The position numbers were made by a program, and so were the translations under genes. A DNA stretch of 18,170 nt from Candidatus Hermodarchaeota archaeon (GTDB taxonomy: Archaea; Asgardarchaeota; Hermodarchaeia; Hermodarchaeales; Hermodarchaeaceae): the NCBI GenBank assembly GCA_016840135.1, contig JAEOSX010000168.1, positions 1 to 18,170 on the forward strand, given 5' to 3'. This document shows, one piece after another, positions 13,901 through 18,170 of the stretch (the first letter of the stretch is position 1; each line of letters begins with the position of its first letter). The notes beneath the pieces were generated by a model. The model was not told where the DNA came from and ran no database searches. It worked only from the letters and a program-made list of their open reading frames with translations.

Positions 13901-16219
13901 TTAATATCGAAGGAAAGGCTTGCCTTTAACAATACGGCTAACTATCGAGTTAATTTTGGCTCGCTTTACGATGCCTTCAAAGCGTCGTTTAATATGTGGG
14001 ATATTCACTTTCTCAGGATTAACACGAAGCTTCTTGGCGAGCGCAATGAAGAGGCGCTTGAAATCATAGACTAGACACCTCTTTTCTTCCTCCTCGCCTT
14101 CACTGACTGCGAGTCCCTGTTCAATAGCTGTGCGCAACTCGTTTATGTAGTAAACTTTCGCCTTTTCGTAGCTCATCGCCTTCTCTTTAATTAGCTCCTG
14201 TAAGAAGGGTAAACCAAACTTTGATCGAGCTATCTTTTCAAGACGTGCCAAGAGTGCGTTAAGAATATCGTCGTGAGACAATTTATCATAATCTGCAAGC
14301 TTAGTTGGAATATGCTTGACAAGCTCTTGCTCTTCAGTCAATGAACCAGAAAGTGGCACAGGTTCTGTAGTAATTGTGGTTCTTATCTTCGGCTTTGGTG
14401 TAGTTCTGGTTCTTCTCTTTGGTTTGGTCTTGGTTCTAGTTCTTCTCTTTGGAGTGGTTATGGTCTCTACAGATGGCTCTGGAACAGTAATTTTTATTGT
14501 CGGCTTCGGCGTGGTGATTTCTACTGTTTTTGGTGGCTGGATTTCCACTGTAGGTTCTTGTGTAGTAATTTTTATTGTCGGCTTCGGCGTGGTAATCTCT
14601 GTTGTTCTTGGCTTAGTGGTTCTATGGTCCGTTTTCGGTTCACTAGTTTCCTGAGTTGGTTTTGGTACCGCAGTCTCACGTACCCCCCTCGGTTTTGGTT
14701 CGGTAGTTTCATGTGCGATTTTAGGCACAGGGGCATCACTAACTATTGTTGGTGCGGAGGTTTCAGGTTCTTGTTTAGGTATGAGCTTTGGAGTCTTGAA
14801 CTGCTGTTTAGCTGTCGCTTTTGGAGCCTTGGTCTTTGGTCTTTGTTCAGTTGCTGATGGAGTTTTAGGCGCCTGTTCAGTTTTTCCTTTGAGGTGAGGC
14901 TTGGGTGTAGGATCCATATCAAAGCTCAGTATTTTCTTGCCCTGAGCAAGTCGTTGGATATCGTCTTCAGTGAGTGTTAAATGCTGAGTTAGGAGCCATC
15001 GGGTTCTTACACGAATCATATTATCCGGTAAAATCGGGTTCACAACGAGGAACCGAGCTAGCGTTAAACGTGAGATTTCATCGATTAGCGGCGTTTGGTT
15101 CTGCTCGCCAATTGATTGGTCTAGCAGATGTTGAATCGTCTTTTGGGATTGCGGTGAGATAATTCGACCTAAGCCTAGAGTATTAAACTGGTCAAAAGCC
15201 TTGTAATCGAGATCTCTAGGAGATTGGGTGGCAACCATACAAATAATTCCGTACTTGCGTGCTTGACGGAAAAGCATCAGAAAGGTATCCTTCGGACCTG
15301 GTTTTAGGGCGCCCGCTGGCACGAACGGTGCTATTTCATCTGTGAAGAAGACTAACCTCGGAGTCTTGGAGGAGCCTTGCTGCAGCATCCAGCTATACAT
15401 CTGGCTTAGGAGAATGGAAACGAAGAACATCTTCTCCTCCTCGCTTCTCAGTGTCTTCAAGAAGAAGATGTTTAGTGGGGTTTTCCCCTCGACTTTCTCT
15501 ACAATTCTGGAAAAGTCGATGGGTTCACCGGTACTGAAGAGTAGTTGAGAGGTTCCAATAGTTAAGCTGCGTATCGCGTGGCTCAGGCGCAGCCGCTCTG
15601 CCGGCTTCATAAACTTGTCGAGTGGGACTCCCAGCTCCTCAGGAGTTTGTGCAACTAAATCAGCAAGTTCGGAGAGGTCACTTATCTCTCGCTTTCTGTC
15701 CCAAAAGAACTTCAGTATTTCGAAGATAATGGCGAAGGCTCTGCTCTCGTGGGTTCCTGGTAGCCCCGCAGTTTTAATTAGAACCCGAACTAGTGTGCGT
15801 GACGAGTTATCTATAATCCTGATGACATCTTCTGGATCCGCCTTGCGGCTAGGTAAAACAAGAGGATTGACTGAGATACGTGACCCTTTTGAACTCGCGG
15901 GTGTGAAGATTCGGACCGCAACCCTCTCCTTGAATTCCTTTTGCATCTCTCTGCTAATCCCATTCCTTTCTAGCTCTTCGGGATTACCAGGCATCGCTAG
16001 ACTGGCGAGGTCCCCTTGGGGATCAAGAGCGATAATTGGAATTCCATGGCGTGCCGCCTCTTCAAGAATAATCTTGCAGAATACTGTTTTACCTGAGCCA
16101 GTGGTTCCAAACGTTCCTAGGTGGCGCCTAAGCATATCCGCGTCAAGATGGACCAGTTTGTCAGTGACTTTCCCATCTGCTGTGAACTCGTATCCTATCC
16201 AGAATTTCATCCTATACAC
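13901..16219 (-). CDS. HerA/VirB4-like ATPase with intact P-loop and long Thr/Pro/Lys-rich C-terminal tail
   Basis: Walker A 'GTFGTTGSGKT', 'IPIIALDPQGDLASL', Walker B-like 'RLVFFTDEIAPF', 'RQARKYGIICMVATQSPRDLD', 'LGRIISPQSQKTIQHLL'. After ~450 aa comes a low-complexity TTPKPT-type tail, then a small C-terminal domain. Confidence 0.85.
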   Translation of the reverse strand: MYRMKFWIGYEFTADGKVTDKLVHLDADMLRRHLGTFGTTGSGKTVFCKIILEEAARHGIPIIALDPQGDLASLAMPGNPEELERNGISREMQKEFKERVAVRIFTPASSKGSRISVNPLVLPSRKADPEDVIRIIDNSSRTLVRVLIKTAGLPGTHESRAFAIIFEILKFFWDRKREISDLSELADLVAQTPEELGVPLDKFMKPAERLRLSHAIRSLTIGTSQLLFSTGEPIDFSRIVEKVEGKTPLNIFFLKTLRSEEEKMFFVSILLSQMYSWMLQQGSSKTPRLVFFTDEIAPFVPAGALKPGPKDTFLMLFRQARKYGIICMVATQSPRDLDYKAFDQFNTLGLGRIISPQSQKTIQHLLDQSIGEQNQTPLIDEISRLTLARFLVVNPILPDNMIRVRTRWLLTQHLTLTEDDIQRLAQGKKILSFDMDPTPKPHLKGKTEQAPKTPSATEQRPKTKAPKATAKQQFKTPKLIPKQEPETSAPTIVSDAPVPKIAHETTEPKPRGVRETAVPKPTQETSEPKTDHRTTKPRTTEITTPKPTIKITTQEPTVEIQPPKTVEITTPKPTIKITVPEPSVETITTPKRRTRTKTKPKRRTRTTPKPKIRTTITTEPVPLSGSLTEEQELVKHIPTKLADYDKLSHDDILNALLARLEKIARSKFGLPFLQELIKEKAMSYEKAKVYYINELRTAIEQGLAVSEGEEEEKRCLVYDFKRLFIALAKKLRVNPEKVNIPHIKRRFEGIVKRAKINSIVSRIVKGKPFLRY
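14404..14606. repeat. In-frame repeats encoding the Thr/Pro/Lys tail of the HerA-like protein
   Basis: 29-bp exact repeat gtaatttttattgtcggcttcggcgtggt at 14487-14515 and 14565-14593 (78-bp period = 26 aa: EITTPKPTIKIT...EP..E). Near-identical 19-bp repeat ttct[g/a]gttcttctctttgg at 14404 and 14434 (30-bp period, KRRTRTK/TKP). Confidence 0.8.
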
Positions 16220-16371
16220 TTCTATGGCTTGAGAAATTCCTCTCAGTCTAGTTTAGTCCTCTAGAAAAAATATCCAGTTCTAAGGCTATAAACTATCTGC
16301 TTACAATGACTATGTGTAGCCTCAATTGGCGATTCCGTTAATAGCCGTCAGGAGAATGAATCAATATCTTG

Positions 16372-17751
16372 CTAGCTTTCTTGCTGAGGGAGTGGTGTAA
16401 TATACTTGTGTGGAGCAGCCTCAATTGGCTTCAAGTACTTCAGTAGTGGCTTTGGAATAAGGATACGGCCATCGGGTTGAATGTTGTTCTCAAGCACCGC
16501 TGTAATCGCACGGGTAGTCGCAATTACCGTAGAATTCAATGTGTGCACGAAGCCCTTGGTGGGGTGTCCCCGCTTCTCGGCAAACCTTGTATCGAGGCGT
16601 GCGGATTGATAGTCCGTGCAGTTGCTACAAGAGACCATCTCCCGATACTTGCCTTGGGACGGCATCCACACCTCCATATCATAGGTCTTCGCAGCTACTT
16701 TTCCAAGGTCACCGCCACACATATTCACGATACGGAAGGGAAGGCCCAGCGGTTCCCACACTTCTTCTACATTCTGAATCATTTTCTCAATCCATTCCCA
16801 AGAATCCTCAGGATGACAGAACACAAACTGTTCGACTTTAGAAAATTGATGGACACGGAAGATTCCTTTTGTATCCTTGCCGTGGGCTCCTGCTTCCTTC
16901 CTGTAGCATGGACTGTATCCTGCAAGAAGTAAGGGTAGTTCATCAATCTCGAGGACTTCTCGCATGTATCGCGCAGCAATTGGGTGCTCAGAGGTAGCAA
17001 TCAGGTATAGGTCACGGTTTTCCAGTTTGTAAAGTGCGTCCTCGAAAGCGCCGATGTCTGTAACTCCACTGTATGCATCATGGTTCAATAGGTGGGGGGG
17101 CATTACAGGGACGAAACCACGCCGAGTGATTTCATCTAGAGCATAAAGTCCAAGAGCTTGATTTAGCCAGAAAATTTGATCAATTAGAAAGTAGTATCTT
17201 GTTCCGGTGGTCTTTGCGGCTCGTTCGGTGTCTATCATACCTGTCTGTTCAGAGATGTCATAATGGCTAGGTGGCTGTTCTTCAGTTACAGTGTATTTAG
17301 CTGGGAGTCCTTGGGCATCAGCTAGAAATTGTTCAAGGTAATTCTGCCAGACTCGAGGTGTTCCTATATACTTGACTGGTTGGTTCTCTGTTTCATCCCG
17401 TCCCTCAGGAACACTCTCGTGTGCGATGTTAGGGATACTCTGCAGTACGCTTGTTCGCTGTTTGTCAATCTTCTCAACACGTTGTTCCTCTTTAGAAACC
17501 TTCTCTGATAGCAGTTTAGTTTCCTGTATTAATCGCTGTTTTTCCTTCTGTTCCTTGGTTTTAGCGATACGTCGGGAGACCTCGTTTCGTTGTCGTTGTA
17601 GTTCACTTACTTTTGCTCGCGCCTTACGCCACTTAGCATCAAGTCTGACTGCTTTGTCTACGACACTGGTGTCTAGTCCACGCAGTCGCTGGGAACAACG
17701 CAGTTTTTCTGGATTATTCCGCACTGCTTCAAGTATACTCCAAGCACTCAA
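16372..17751 (-). CDS. serS: Seryl-tRNA synthetase (class II)
   Basis: N-terminal tRNA-binding coiled coil, then 'FVPVMPPHLLNHDAYSGVTDIGAFEDALYKLENRDLYLIATSEHPIAARYMREVLEIDELPLLLAGYSPCYRKEAGAHGKDTKGIFRVHQFSKVEQFVFC' and 'LDTRFAEKRGHPTKGFVHTLNSTVIATTRAITAVLENNIQPDG'. Confidence 0.95.
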   Translation of the reverse strand: MSAWSILEAVRNNPEKLRCSQRLRGLDTSVVDKAVRLDAKWRKARAKVSELQRQRNEVSRRIAKTKEQKEKQRLIQETKLLSEKVSKEEQRVEKIDKQRTSVLQSIPNIAHESVPEGRDETENQPVKYIGTPRVWQNYLEQFLADAQGLPAKYTVTEEQPPSHYDISEQTGMIDTERAAKTTGTRYYFLIDQIFWLNQALGLYALDEITRRGFVPVMPPHLLNHDAYSGVTDIGAFEDALYKLENRDLYLIATSEHPIAARYMREVLEIDELPLLLAGYSPCYRKEAGAHGKDTKGIFRVHQFSKVEQFVFCHPEDSWEWIEKMIQNVEEVWEPLGLPFRIVNMCGGDLGKVAAKTYDMEVWMPSQGKYREMVSCSNCTDYQSARLDTRFAEKRGHPTKGFVHTLNSTVIATTRAITAVLENNIQPDGRILIPKPLLKYLKPIEAAPHKYITPLPQQES

Positions 17752-17888
17752 CTTCCTACACCTAAAGGATTCCCACTGCCCTTAACCCTAAAAGCATTCC
17801 TTTATTCATCAAGACCATTCTCTTCTATAGTTGGAGATGACCTTCGTCTTTCTTGGAGGGACTATCAGTGATATCGGCTCGACTAGGT

Positions 17889-18170
17889 CTAGAACCATTT
17901 CTTACGACGCGCATAGACTACCAAGATTACAAGGAAGGCTACAACTACAACTGCCCCTACAATCCACCATGGAAAGGGAATCTGATCGTGGATGAGAATT
18001 TCTTGCAGCAGTTCTGTTTGGTTCAACAGGGCAAGAGTGCTAATAGCCCAATGTGTTTGCAGAGCAAGCCCACTTCCTTCTGCTGAATCTGCGAATCCTC
18101 CATCATCAATCTGCTTGTTGATAACCCATGAAGCAGTTTCTTCTTCCTGAATTTGATTTTCTGCATCAAG
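17889..18170 (-). CDS. C-terminal end of a toroid-repeat (prenyltransferase/squalene-cyclase-like) protein with C-terminal TM anchor, truncated by the window edge
   Basis: Reverse-strand frame missing from the ORF track: LDAENQIQEEETASWVINKQIDDGGFADSAEGSGLALQTHWAISTLALLNQTELLQEILIHDQIPFPWWIVGAVVVVAFLVILVVYARRKKWF*. It contains a QxxDGGF...ALxTxxAIxxLxxL alpha/alpha-toroid repeat, a hydrophobic helix and a basic tail. Confidence 0.7.
   Translation of the reverse strand, partial: LDAENQIQEEETASWVINKQIDDGGFADSAEGSGLALQTHWAISTLALLNQTELLQEILIHDQIPFPWWIVGAVVVVAFLVILVVYARRKKWF

Noticed and set aside
14404-14606. Possible CRISPR-like or other repeat array
   Set aside because: Only a few degenerate copies with codon-multiple periods inside a coding frame; explained by protein-level repeats.
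14316-14857. Plus-strand ORFs opposite the HerA tail (Val/Gly/Phe-rich repeats)
   Set aside because: Antisense artefact of the Thr/Pro/Lys repeat; hydrophobic repeat translation has no independent support.
17853-18086. 77-aa plus-strand ORF
   Set aside because: Overlaps the toroid-repeat/TM protein C-terminus on the minus strand, which has recognisable domain features.
1-18170. tRNA/rRNA genes, transposases, integrases, phage or defence-system genes
   Set aside because: None recognised by eye; the HerA-like proteins were considered as defence components, but no nuclease or other defence partner is visible nearby.

Overview
This 18,170-bp window looks like a chromosomal segment from an Asgard-type archaeon. 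The lineage is inferred from gene content and is not proven. The left third (about 1-6560) is a dense ESCRT membrane-remodelling locus. It contains a 5'-truncated Vps28-like ESCRT-I subunit, an unassigned 98-aa helical protein, Vps22/SNF8-like and Vps25-like ESCRT-II subunits, a Vps4-like MIT-AAA ATPase, and two adjacent ESCRT-III (Snf7-superfamily) proteins of different subclasses. It also contains a less expected 498-aa zinc-finger / coiled-coil / GRAM-PH-like protein that could be an uncharacterised ESCRT accessory or adaptor. Further right are a calcineurin-like metallophosphoesterase, a UbiA-family (DGGGP synthase-like) prenyltransferase, a HerA/FtsK-like protein that appears to have lost its Walker A motif, and an orphan TPR/MIT-like mini-protein. 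A minus-strand run of gelsolin-like, Roadblock/LC7-like, HD-hydrolase and aspS genes follows. After it come a membrane protein, an intact HerA/VirB4-like ATPase with a long Thr/Pro/Lys-rich repeat tail, serS, and the C-terminus of a toroid-repeat (squalene-cyclase/prenyltransferase-like) protein with a terminal TM helix. I saw no tRNA or rRNA genes, CRISPR arrays or mobile elements. All family calls come from reading motifs and recalled family patterns; no searches were run.
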